A DNA stretch of 48,836 bases, from positions 1 through 48,836 of the forward strand of contig CAZTOS010000006.1 in the NCBI GenBank assembly GCA_964615185.1. The letters run 5' to 3'. Below the pieces are notes generated by a model. It ran no database searches. It was given only the letters and a program-made list of their open reading frames with translations, and was not told the DNA's origin. Positions within the stretch are counted from its first letter, which is position 1; each line of letters begins with the position of its first letter. This DNA is from an uncultured Thermococci archaeon (GTDB lineage: Archaea; Methanobacteriota_B; Thermococci; Thermococcales; Thermococcaceae). Positions 37,306 through 48,000 of the stretch are shown here, piece by piece. A program made the position numbers and the translations under genes.

Positions 37306-38631
37306 TTAGAACTTCAAAACCCTTGCCAGCACTATTAGTGGATCCCATACTGGTGCAAAAGGAGGAGCATATGCTAAATCAGCAAAGAATAAATCTTTTG
37401 TCGTAAAGCCAGCTTGTAGAGCTATGGTAAATGCATCAATCCTTGGCAATACATCTGAACCAACTGCTTGTAGCCCCAAAAGCCTGTTTGTTTCTTTATC
37501 TGCAACTGCCTTGAGCCAGATTTTCCTTCCACCGGGATAGTAGTGAGGCTTTGTTCTTGCCTCAATGAAAGCAGTTTTAACGTCATAGCCCTCTTTAAGA
37601 GCCTCTTCTTCAGTTAGTCCTGTCTTTCCGATTTCCAAGTCCATAAACTTCGTTATTGAAGTGCCAAGAACACCAAGGAAGTGAATTTCCTTTCCAGCTA
37701 TGTTGCTACCTGCAACGTAACCCATTTTGTTTCCTGGAGGGGCTAAAGGAATCCAGACTCTCCTCCCAGTAATTATGTGCTTTGTCTCGGCAACATCTCC
37801 AGCCGCATAAACATTCTCAATGCTTGTCTGCATCTTTTCGTTTGTCCATATTGCACCAGTTTCTCCAATTCTAACGCCAAGCTGCTTTGCCAGTTCAATG
37901 TTTGGCTTTATTCCCGTTGCTATCACAACTAAATCAGCCTTGTACTTGTTTGCATCAGTAACGACTTTCTCAACCCTCTCTTTGCCTTCAATTCTTATTG
38001 TTAGCTCCTGCAGGCGGAGATTTATATGCCCCCTAAGCTTTGCTTCAACTATATCTGTGATTTCTTTGTCATAGCTTTTCCTCAGAACTCTTTCGCTCCT
38101 CCCAATGAGCGTTACATTCTTTCCTTGAGCAGCAAAGGCTTCAGTTATTTCCAGTGCTATGTGTCCTGTTCCAATAACTACCACATCTTTAACATCATAT
38201 TTCTGCATATATTCCCTTATCGCAACTGCATCGGGAGGCAAATCAGCTGTAAAAACTCCCTCTAAGTCAATTCCTTCAATTGGTGGAAGCTTAGGGGAAG
38301 CTCCATTGGCAAAAACTAAGTAGTCCCACTCATATCTGTGCTTACCATCTTTTTCTTGAACCCTAACTTGTCCTTGCTCAACTTCCACAACTTTAGCATT
38401 TAAGTGCAAATCAATGCCCCTCTTCTTTATGAAGAACTCTGGCGGATAGTGCATCAGCTTTTCTTTTGGTGAAATTCCTTCGACAACGTAGGGAACTCCA
38501 CAAGGAGCATGGCTTACCCATTCTGTGGCTTCGAAGACTTTAACATCCCACTCAGGCTTTAAACGCTTGACCCTTGAAGCAGCACTCATTCCAGCAGCTC
38601 CACCACCGATGATTACAACTCGTTTGCTCAT
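37306..38631 (-). CDS. cdr: CoA-disulfide reductase / CoA-dependent NAD(P)H:sulfur oxidoreductase (NSR)
   Basis: [20 protein letters not shown], active-site SHAPCG, YAAGD and DLAYAPPF motifs. Confidence 0.92.
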   Translation of the reverse strand: MSKRVVIIGGGAAGMSAASRVKRLKPEWDVKVFEATEWVSHAPCGVPYVVEGISPKEKLMHYPPEFFIKKRGIDLHLNAKVVEVEQGQVRVQEKDGKHRYEWDYLVFANGASPKLPPIEGIDLEGVFTADLPPDAVAIREYMQKYDVKDVVVIGTGHIALEITEAFAAQGKNVTLIGRSERVLRKSYDKEITDIVEAKLRGHINLRLQELTIRIEGKERVEKVVTDANKYKADLVVIATGIKPNIELAKQLGVRIGETGAIWTNEKMQTSIENVYAAGDVAETKHIITGRRVWIPLAPPGNKMGYVAGSNIAGKEIHFLGVLGTSITKFMDLEIGKTGLTEEEALKEGYDVKTAFIEARTKPHYYPGGRKIWLKAVADKETNRLLGLQAVGSDVLPRIDAFTIALQAGFTTKDLFFADLAYAPPFAPVWDPLIVLARVLKF

Positions 38632-38649
38632 TTTTCTTCACCACTAAAG

Positions 38650-38666
38650 GTTCAAAACCAAAGGTT
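38650..38666. promoter_or_regulatory. SurR box GTT-N3-AAC-N5-GTT in the cdr/nsr promoter
   Basis: GTTCAAAACCAAAGGTT lies between the minus-strand TATA (TTTTTAAA ~38665-38672) and the RBS, a repressor position. Confidence 0.8.
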
Positions 38667-38699
38667 TAAAAAGTTAGCGAGTAAAATGTGGAAAAGCTA

Positions 38700-38975
38700 A
38701 AGATTTAGAGGGAACTTTACATAATCTAAAACGCTTTCTCTGGCTTTTTAATCTCAATGTGCTCAACTAAATCCTTAAACTAACCTCCCAAGAGGCCATC
38801 GCCGATTATTGCACTCCCTTGAGCAGCCTCTTTACCTAACCACAGGCAAATCAAACTTTCCTCGAAGAGATTTTTAACATCTTCCCTAAGCTCTTTGATG
38901 CACATAAGCCTCAGCATTGAACTCTTCAATGGCTTTTATCATTTTACTTGGCTCTTCAGCAACAACCTCACATTT
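38700..38975 (-). pseudogene. Heavily deleted remnant of a DUF1464 (butyrate-kinase-like) gene
   Basis: Pieces in shifting frames: EVVAEEPSKMIKAIEEFNAE / IKELREDVKNLFEE / KEAAQGSAIIGDGLLGG*FKDLVEHIEIKK / ESVLDYVKFPL. Confidence 0.55.
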
Positions 38976-39021
38976 TATCATCAAGGAAATGGAAACGCCA
39001 AGAATTATAAAAGTTACAAGA

Positions 39022-40182
39022 CTATCCCTTTTTCCCCTCAACGTAGTATTTGCCCTTAATTTTCACGAGCTTGTAAATCTCACCTTCCTTCAGATCAATC
39101 TTCGGTCTCTCAATCTCAAATGTTTCATAGTTTTCCATATCCATGAATTGAGCTTCTTTGGGGGTTAAGCTTGTGAGCATGGCTTCTTTTTTCTCGTGTT
39201 CAATCAAATTCACTCCGTCCCTTTTTATAGTCTTCCAGTCTTTGTGCTCACTTTCATGGGTTGCCAAGTTTGTAAGGTTCATACCTTTTCCGTTAACCTC
39301 ATCGACCCGATATATGTTCCCATTCTTGTCACTAACGATGTCTCCCCTTCTGAACTTGGGCAGTCTAACACTCACACTTGTCCTATAGACTTCTTTGCTT
39401 GTCTGTCTGTCAAGACCAACGAGCTCATAGGCTTCACTTATTGTTCCACCATATCTGTCTCTTATCGCTTGAGCAAGCCTTCTTGCCGACCTTGTGGAGC
39501 CCATGTAAAAGTCAATTCCTTCCTCAAGCTCAACAGTATCTTGAATAAACCCCATTCTGTCCTTCTTCATTATCTCATCCACTTTCTCTTGGACAAGCTT
39601 GACTATTTCATCCCTCTCCTCCTTGGTCAGCTCTCTCTCCTCAGCCCTCACCTGTAAAATAGCCTCAAAATAGCCCCCAAGGAACTTTTGACACCTTGGA
39701 CAAACTGTTTGCCTGACATAAACTGTAACAGTCTTTTTTTCATGATGAAGCTCTCTTTGAAGTTCATGTATACGAGCTTTAATTTCAATTTCATAAATTA
39801 CAATTGCCGGGAAATAATCAATATGCCAGTTAACTGGTTCATAACTTAAGTATGCAACGCCAGCTGGAAGTTCTTCAATTCCATTTAGTTCCTCTCTTGA
39901 TACAATCCTTGTTTCTCTAACACGCTCATCTAATGCTAAATTTTCAAGCAGAGCATTTTCAGCAACCTCAAATATCAACTGATCAAGTTCGTAATTTTGT
40001 GGATCAACCCATACCCCTTTCTTCTTGTAGCTCCCACAGTTCTGGCACAACTCAGTGTTAATCTCACTCTCCATTAATAATACGGGATTTTCTTTTCTAA
40101 AGCAGACTTGACACAATCCATCTATTAGAGGCCCTCCCTCACTTTCACTTATCCCACATCTGTAGCAGAATCTCTCACTCAT
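39022..40182 (-). CDS. nmd3: Archaeal NMD3 family protein
   Basis: Four CxxC pairs (CYRC, CQVC, CQNC, CPRC) and GGYFEAILQVR. ATG 40182 follows GGAGGTGA. Confidence 0.93.
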   Translation of the reverse strand: MSERFCYRCGISESEGGPLIDGLCQVCFRKENPVLLMESEINTELCQNCGSYKKKGVWVDPQNYELDQLIFEVAENALLENLALDERVRETRIVSREELNGIEELPAGVAYLSYEPVNWHIDYFPAIVIYEIEIKARIHELQRELHHEKKTVTVYVRQTVCPRCQKFLGGYFEAILQVRAEERELTKEERDEIVKLVQEKVDEIMKKDRMGFIQDTVELEEGIDFYMGSTRSARRLAQAIRDRYGGTISEAYELVGLDRQTSKEVYRTSVSVRLPKFRRGDIVSDKNGNIYRVDEVNGKGMNLTNLATHESEHKDWKTIKRDGVNLIEHEKKEAMLTSLTPKEAQFMDMENYETFEIERPKIDLKEGEIYKLVKIKGKYYVEGKKG

Positions 40183-40198
40183 GCTCTCACCTCCAAGC

Positions 40199-40501
40199 TC
40201 ACCATAACATTTTGGCCATCTGTGCATGGGGAACTCCCTGAATGTATAAAACCCTATCCTCGCTGACATAACCAAGCTCAATGGCCTTACTAACGCATTT
40301 CTCCCCCACAAGATTGGCTATTGTCGCCTCCTCCAAAAGCCTCTCTAAATCCTCAATATCTCTAAGTTCGCCTTTGTAAAATCTCTCCTTAACCTCTAAC
40401 TTAAGCTCGCCCTCCCTAAAAGTCTTACCAAGTAAATTTTCATCACAAGCCGCTAACAAAATCTCACCTTGAACACGATAAATTTTCACATATATTTTCA
40501 T
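40199..40501 (-). CDS. DUF424 family protein
   Basis: LLAACDENLLGK.F.EG...FYKG...ATIANLVG...GVPHAQ. Confidence 0.88.
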   Translation of the reverse strand: MKIYVKIYRVQGEILLAACDENLLGKTFREGELKLEVKERFYKGELRDIEDLERLLEEATIANLVGEKCVSKAIELGYVSEDRVLYIQGVPHAQMAKMLW

Positions 40502-40548
40502 TTGAGCTCACCTTAATAGAAGAGAGGGTGGAGGATTTAAAAATCTAA

Positions 40549-40965
40549 TCAAGCTTTGCGAACAATGAGTTTTATACCATCAACATCAACTACAACAACT
40601 TCATCTCCTTCCTTAACGTCATCGAGAGGTTTAGCAAGCCATTCCTCTCCCTCGAGCTCAACCCAAACTTCATCTTCCCTAACTTTCTTCACTTTTCCTC
40701 TTTTCCCTTTAAGCTCGAAGGTGTATTTGGGCTTTCCAATATCAACAGTTTCTCTCTTTATTAATCTGGCAAAGAGCTGATAACTAACAACGGCAGCAAC
40801 TAATGATAATACAAATGCAATGTTGAAATTCACACCGAATCCAAGTAACAAACCGAGAGTGGCAAAGGCTATCCCAATCGGTGTTATAAACGCTGCAACC
40901 ATCATATCAAGGACTATGATCAGCAAGCCTAAAATTAAAAGTAAAATGGGGAAATAATCCATCAT
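40549..40965 (-). CDS. NfeD-like (short, OB-fold C-terminal) stomatin partner
   Basis: N-terminal TM helices, then VELEGEEWLA...GDEVVVVDVDGIKLIV; adjacent to the SPFH gene. Confidence 0.88.
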   Translation of the reverse strand: MMDYFPILLLILGLLIIVLDMMVAAFITPIGIAFATLGLLLGFGVNFNIAFVLSLVAAVVSYQLFARLIKRETVDIGKPKYTFELKGKRGKVKKVREDEVWVELEGEEWLAKPLDDVKEGDEVVVVDVDGIKLIVRKA

Positions 40966-40968
40966 ACG

Positions 40969-41928
40969 TCACTCCCATATTTTCTTCAGCTCTTCTACGT
41001 TTTTATTATTTTCTGTTTCTGCTGGAGAATTCTTTGATGAACCTTCAGGTGGGTTCTCTTTTGGCGTTGGCAGCTTTGTTTTACTGACTTTTTGGAGAAT
41101 TCTTAACAAGCCAATTAGGGCTTCTGTGTCATACGGGACTATCAGGTTGCCGTACTTAGCCAGCTCCGGAAGCTTCTCAATGTATTGGAGCGTTAGATAC
41201 TTTTCATCAGCCAATTTTAAAGCCTCAAGAACTTTCTTTATAGCCTCAGCTTGACCTTCAGCAATAAGGATTTGTTCCTGCTTTATACCTTCAGCTCTTA
41301 AAATTCTTGCCTGCTTTTCACCTTCGGCTTGCTTTATTGCGCTCTCCTTCTTACCTTCAGCTATCAAAATCATTGCTCTCTTTTCTCTCTCGGCAGTCAT
41401 TTGCTTAGCCATTGCCTCTTGTATATCCCTTGGTGGGTCAATTCTTTGAATTTCAACCCTTGTAATCTTTACACCCCAGCGGTCAGTGATCTTGTCCAAC
41501 TCTTCCCTCAAGCGAGCGTTTATGATGTCCCTCCCGCTTAGTGTCTCATCAAGCTCCATCTCACCAATTATTGCTCTTAAGTTCGTTTGTGCAAGCTTGA
41601 TGATAGCTAAGAGAAAGTCGCTGACGTTATATGCAGCCTTTACGGGATCCAATATTTGATAATACACAACAGCATCAACTGTAACAACGACATTATCCTT
41701 ACAGATAACCTCTTGCGGTGGAATATCAATAACATGCTCTCTCATGTCTATTATCCTTACCCTCTCCATAAATGGTATAATGAAGTGTATTCCTGGTTCT
41801 AAGATTCTGTTGAACTTTCCAAGTCTTTCAACGAGGCCCTTTTGGTATGGTCTGATAACTTTAACACTCAAAACAAGCATCAACAAGAGGAAGACACCTA
41901 ATATTACAAGTGCAAAAGTTGCTGGCAT
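40969..41928 (-). CDS. SPFH/Band 7 (stomatin-like) protein
   Basis: VERLGKF, QEVICKDNV, AQTNLRAIIG, WGVKITRVEI and AEREKRA motifs. Start 41928 or 41934. Confidence 0.94.
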   Translation of the reverse strand: MPATFALVILGVFLLLMLVLSVKVIRPYQKGLVERLGKFNRILEPGIHFIIPFMERVRIIDMREHVIDIPPQEVICKDNVVVTVDAVVYYQILDPVKAAYNVSDFLLAIIKLAQTNLRAIIGEMELDETLSGRDIINARLREELDKITDRWGVKITRVEIQRIDPPRDIQEAMAKQMTAEREKRAMILIAEGKKESAIKQAEGEKQARILRAEGIKQEQILIAEGQAEAIKKVLEALKLADEKYLTLQYIEKLPELAKYGNLIVPYDTEALIGLLRILQKVSKTKLPTPKENPPEGSSKNSPAETENNKNVEELKKIWE

Positions 41929-42051
41929 TACCACCCCTCCATGTACTATTTTGAACTTTTATCAGTAAAACGTAATATAAAGTTTTCGCTAATTAAAAGT
42001 TGCATCTCAAAAACGAATAAAAAGAACAGAAAAGGTAACAAAAGAAAGAAT

Positions 42052-45000
42052 TTAGGAAGCCTCAGCTTCCTCTATGGCTTTACTGAGGATCTCCACGGCT
42101 TTCTTGAGGTTGAGATATGCTTTCCGTAATGATGCCATAACCCTTGGATTGTTAAGGTTTTGTACTACTGGACCAAATTGCTTGGCTTTCTCATAGTATT
42201 GCTCTGCAAGCTCCTTGTAGTGTAACGCCTCTTGGATAGTTTCATTATCAATTCCAAGCTCAATGCTCTTGTTGTAGAGTTCATCAAATTTCTTGATTCC
42301 TTTATTGTACCACATGTAATAGATGAAGTTAAGGGTTGCTATTGAAATTCCTTCTTCCTTTTCTGGAAGTTCGTATATGACTGTTATCTCTGCCGGTGAG
42401 TGTAACCTAATCTCCAATGTTAAGAGGGCATAGGTCTCATATCTTGTAAGTTCCTCTCCTAATAAATCTGCATTGTTTACTATGACCTTATAACTCTTAA
42501 TGTCCTTTGGAAGGATTACTACAAGCTTGACAGTTGCATTGTGTTCGCCATCAACTGTTATTGAAATGGCTGGCTTTCCATCCACTGTTGTGTTCTTAGC
42601 CTCTTTAATTTCCGCGGTACCATTTATTGTTTCTTGAACAAATACTGGCGCTTCAATTCCTTCTTCCTCAAGCTCCTCAGTAACCTCTGGTGTCTCTTTA
42701 GGTGTTCCATAGTAAATGTAGAGTTTTGAACCATTCTTAATGGCAAGGATTATCTCCAGTGTTACGTTGTCTTCTAAGAGCCCTTTGGAGATTATTGTGG
42801 CATTTTTGCCCTCTACTGAGTAGAATGTCCAGTTCTCTGGAAGCTTGACAAACACTCCTACTAAGGCACTGTCTTCTGGAGTTGCAAACGTGGCAGTCAT
42901 TTCGCCTGTCCTACTTGTGACATTTACAATCTCTGCATCTCCAATGCTCCACATCAGTTCGGTTCTTTCAACTGGTTGCATGGCTCTAACTTTTATTACT
43001 TTAATGTTATTGTCTTTAACGAAGTCATATGGATACTCGAGCACAACCTTGAACTCATGCATATCCAAGTCACTGAGTGTAACGTTGAATGAAACTAAGT
43101 CATCCTCACCTGCTACTATCTCTTTTCTCTCTGAGCCTACCTCCGTAAGTCCGTCTCTAATCAGCTTAACAGGCACAGATGCATTGTTCGGTCCATAGTT
43201 CTTGATGTGGACATTGATGGTGAAGAGCTCTCCGACCCCTGGTGGAACGGGCCCTATTCCGATGCCTACTATTCCAAAGTCGGTAATGTACGGATTTGGT
43301 GCAATTTCTATTGGCACATCGAAGAGCTCTCCGGTTCTTGTTCCTCCAATTTTTATATTACCTTTGTATATGGTGGTGTTCGGAAGTGATGTTAGGTTGT
43401 AGCCATAGGTTACGATGTATTCTCCGTTTACCTTAGTAATGTTCTTGACAAAGAGTTCTCCTCCAGATACTACCAGGGATGCGGTTATGTTGTAGTGTGT
43501 CTCTCCCGGAGCCGGGTTATAGTAACTCTCAACGATCGCAGCATACGAGCCCTCTGCTGGCTCTGGAATCACAACTTCCTCATCTGCTGTCCATGAGTAC
43601 GAGCCCCCAAGATACTCCCACTCACCTGTTATCTCATTGTAGTAGTACACTTCTAAATCTATGTCAAGTCCATAGTTATCGTCGTCTTCGCTTTCAGTCT
43701 TAACAACAAGTGCATTTGCATGTTCTGCCACCTCAAAGTAGTGAACTGTGTAGTTGTCAGTCTCTGGAGCCTCGACATTTTGTTCCTTGAATATATCCTT
43801 GGTCTTACCTGGTGTGATGCCAACCTCCAAGTCAAAAGTTGCCTCTCCTGGCTTTGGATTCTTGTATCCGTAAACCTCAATGATGTATATTCCATCTTTT
43901 GGCATTGTAACTACTACCCTTTCATTTGCTGTCCATGTCTCTGATTCTCCAACTTCCTCCCAGTCTCCCGTTGATTCGTCGTAGTAATACACGAAGAGGT
44001 CTATGTCCAGCTTGTCCCATGTGCTCGACGTCTCCACCCTGAGCTGGGTTGCATTAACAACGGTTACGTTGTAGTACCATGATTCACCAGTTGCTGGAGC
44101 CGTAATCCCTGTCTTCCTTGTGAGCCTCTCAAATCCGACTCCATATGCTGTTAAGTTTCCAACGAAGTCTGGTATCTTTACTCTTATCTGACCTTCCCCT
44201 TCCTTGGATTCAGCAATCATTGTGACTTCTGATGGAGTGACTTTTGCCATGCCAACTTTGCCGTAGAACGTTGTGTAGCTTGCATTAATTTCGCTGTTGT
44301 GTAGCCACATTGCATGTAATCCTGGGACTGCCTTTGCCACAAGTATACTCTCATTTGATGCAATAAGCTTTCCTGTTGCAGTGTGTGCTAGTGTGTGAGG
44401 TCCAAATATTCCTTCATAGTACACACTCCACATATCACTTGATGGTTGGAGCAGATATGGGGTTATTACCGCTGTATCATCATTCCATGAGATATCCGCT
44501 ATAACGTAGGTACCATTTGTATCTTCTGTTGGAACATTGAAGTAGAACAGTCTCCAGTCTCCTCCATAGATATCTCCTCCATAGACGTTTGAATTGTCGT
44601 ACAATCCACTAGCCTCAGTCTTTCCTCCAAATTCGAACTCTGCTCCTGGTGATGCCACGACTACGCTGACTGGTATTGTCGTTACATGATTGTCATACTT
44701 GACATAAATCGCTCCCTCATAAATTCCAAGTGGTGTATCTTCTGGAACTGTTATTGTTGCAGTGAATGTTCCCTCTCCCTTAGCTGGCAAATGAAGCGCT
44801 TCTTTGTCTAAAGTGACCCAGCTCCATGGTACCCTCTTGTAGAACTCGAGCTTAACTTTGCCGTCATATGGATACCCTTGGTACATTACATCCCTAACCT
44901 GTAGGAACAACTGCTCGGCTCTTGCCCTTGGGTTCCTAACTGTGAAGGATGCAACGTTTGTTCTGTATCCACTACCCCCGTTAATTAACTTAAGCTGATC

Positions 45001-48000
45001 ATCTTTGTATCCATAGATTCTCACGAGAATGTAGTAGTATGGGTTATCCACATCTGTATAGAATGACACCTTCATGAGTTCTGCATCCTCTGGAATTGCA
45101 TATGTTACCGGTATCATCTGTGGTTCGTCTGTTATTCCCATAATTGGTATCTCAACTTCTCCAATCTTCTCGAATACTTCTGCAGAAATCTCTACATCTT
45201 TGGCATCTCCGTAGTTAACTAATGTGAATTCCTGTGTATCGCTTTCTCCTGGATAAATCACAGATGGGAATGCCTTGTACTTGTGACCCATGTACGAGCC
45301 AGCTTGCCACTCACTTGGCGAGACTTTGACACCGTCAACTTCCAACGCTATTTCAACTGCTCTCGTTGCATTCAGGTATCCAGCGCCCTGGAGGAAGGCA
45401 TCATTGTTTGTGTCTTCTGCGGCGGACTTCAATATTTCCTTTAATTCCTCGGCGGTTGGATATCTTCCATGAGTCTTGTAGAATGCTTCTTCGACTAAGG
45501 CACCAACACCAGCTGCCATTGGGGTAGCTAAGCTTGTTCCGGCCCAAATTTCATTGGCATAGCGACCATTTATTATTGGCTGCATCCTCCAGTACTGCAT
45601 ATTTAGAGGTGTGCTCCCAAGCCCAAACTTTCCTGTTGCTAATATATCAGGCTTGACCTGTCCTAAGGTATTAGGTCCTCTGCTTGAGAAGTCTACGACA
45701 TCTCCGTATTCCGCTTCATAGTCCCATCCTACTGCCTTTCTATAACCGAATTCTGTTGCTGCGCCTACTGTTATGACTCCTGGGGAAGCACCGTTGCTTG
45801 AGTCGGTACCGTATCCTGAACCCTCATTACCTGCTGCGAAGAAGTGTGCCGTGTACGGAGCGTACACCTCCGATAACCATGTAAGGAACCTGTCCTCCCA
45901 GTTGAACCCTCTATCTATGGCGTAACTCAGATAATAACCGTAACTGTTGCTTGTTATTCTTGCCTCATCTCCGGTGTTTGGGATTCCATCGTAGCCCTCC
46001 GTCGCGAAGAGCATCATATCTTCCCACTCTGCCAGTGAAGTGTACAGGTCTCCTTCAGCTATCAGTTTTGCACCCTTTGCGTTACCATATGTTGGATACA
46101 TTTGTGATTCATCATCAGTAAATTCCTCTGGGCCAATTGTCCTTCCCCTTGCACCAACGGCAGCCGCACAGAGTGTTCCGTGTTCAAGACCTCCTGCATA
46201 GATTGTTCCAATCATGAATGCCACCAAATCACCGTTTCCGGGAACTGTCTTGTTCTCCGGAACTCCGTATTCTCCAAGGTTCCATCTGTTGTAAACTATT
46301 TGTGAGTATGGAATTGGGGTTTCTCCATCAGCTATGTAGTAGATAAGTCCACCTGAGATGTCATCGTATCCGTCCTCTCCAATTGTGCCGTCCGCCTTGA
46401 CGATGTCCCATGCAATCACCGGGTTCTCTTTAGTATGACCAACATCTTCATTGAAGTCTATGAAGTATCCCCACTCACTTGTTAGGTCAACATAAGCTTT
46501 GTCGTATTTAGAGTCTCCGTCCGAGTCGACTACAAGCACCCAACCCGGCTCGAGGTAGTAGTCCCATGGTGGAGTGTTAATTAGTGCCAGTGCCAAGTCT
46601 GGGTGGAATCCTATCTTGACATAGCCGGTGTATGGGAGTGTTAAGTTCTCATTGAGTGGTAACCTAATTGGCCATACCGTGTCCTCTTCAATGTCGTATG
46701 GTAAAGCCATGTATGTTGTCACGAGTACACTTGCATTTTCATCTGGAACTACAAAGTCTGCGAATATGTCTGAATATGCTGGCCTTAGAAGTGGAAGCTC
46801 TAAGTACCAATAGGTGTAATAGGTAACATTTGCCACACCCCTGTTTACAGCGCCAATTCTGAATCTCTCTCCATTCGTTTCACCCACTGAAGCTACACCC
46901 CGGTCTTGGTAGTAATATGTGGAAGCATTTACGTGCAGGTATTCTCCAGCGAACTCTGAGGGAACAAGCTCCCCTTCTTTCTCTACGGTGACGGTTATGT
47001 TATAAGTATATTCTCCAGGCTTATCATTAGTCCAAGTATAGACCTCTACCATATACTCTCCAAGCTCTGGGTTTTCAACTGTTATTGTCTCATTTGGTCC
47101 CCAATTTAATGAATAACCAATCTTTTCCCAGTCATCTCCAACCTTGTAGTAGAGACGTATGTCAATATCAAAGTCAGTACTCGAATCATCTGTCCCATAT
47201 TGGCTTGTTGTAGTGACAGTAAGCTGGGAAACGGGCTCAGTTAAGTTGAAGTAGTGATATTCATAATCTCCTTCTTCTGGGGCAGTCACATTTGTTTGCT
47301 CGTATATAATTTGTATTGATGGAACGAATCCCTTCTCATAGAGGAAGTCAGTACTTATGAGGAATAATTTTCCCCCACCGTTTAGATATGCTTCAAGGTT
47401 TGCAATGTCCTCATCAGTGAGGGTGTCCTCCCAGTATTCACCTGTGAACCATATAACCACGTCATATTGGCTTAAAACTGTTGCATTTGGCCCGCTTTCG
47501 TGTGCTAGAACCCTATAGATTGTGTAGTTGTAGCCAAGAATATCCAATGCCTCAACATAATATGGATCGAAGTCAAAGAAGTCACCACCGTTGTCCTTAC
47601 CGTTGTCGTCGTCAACGAGGAGTATATTTCCTTCAAAGCTACCGTTGGAGAGGAATGTGAGTGTGTTGTTGATCACTTTAGCCCTCTCAAGTGGATCCTG
47701 AATGTTTGCAAGCTCCATTCCAGAGAATGCTGTTGAGAAGTTTGATCCATAATAGCCAATAACAGCTGGGTCTTGGAGAATTACTGGAATACCGGTTATG
47801 AGGGACGTGTTTGTGTACCACGTCTGCGTTTCCGGGAATGCATAATCATGCTGTAGGTAAGCCATCATTGAAGCGCTGTCAAATGCAATTGGCCATCCAT
47901 AGTAAGGTGACTCCGGATTAGTATCAACTGCATAGGCATCCTGCAGGTCCGGGTTCCCAAAGTCGATACCGCTGTCGATTATCGCAACGTTGATTCCACT

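Noticed and set aside
38908..38985. Possible C/D box sRNA on the minus strand (TGATGA...CTGA...ATGATA...CTGA)
   Set aside because: Spacers of 18-22 nt are too long for typical Thermococcales guides, and the stretch reads as part of the DUF1464-like remnant.
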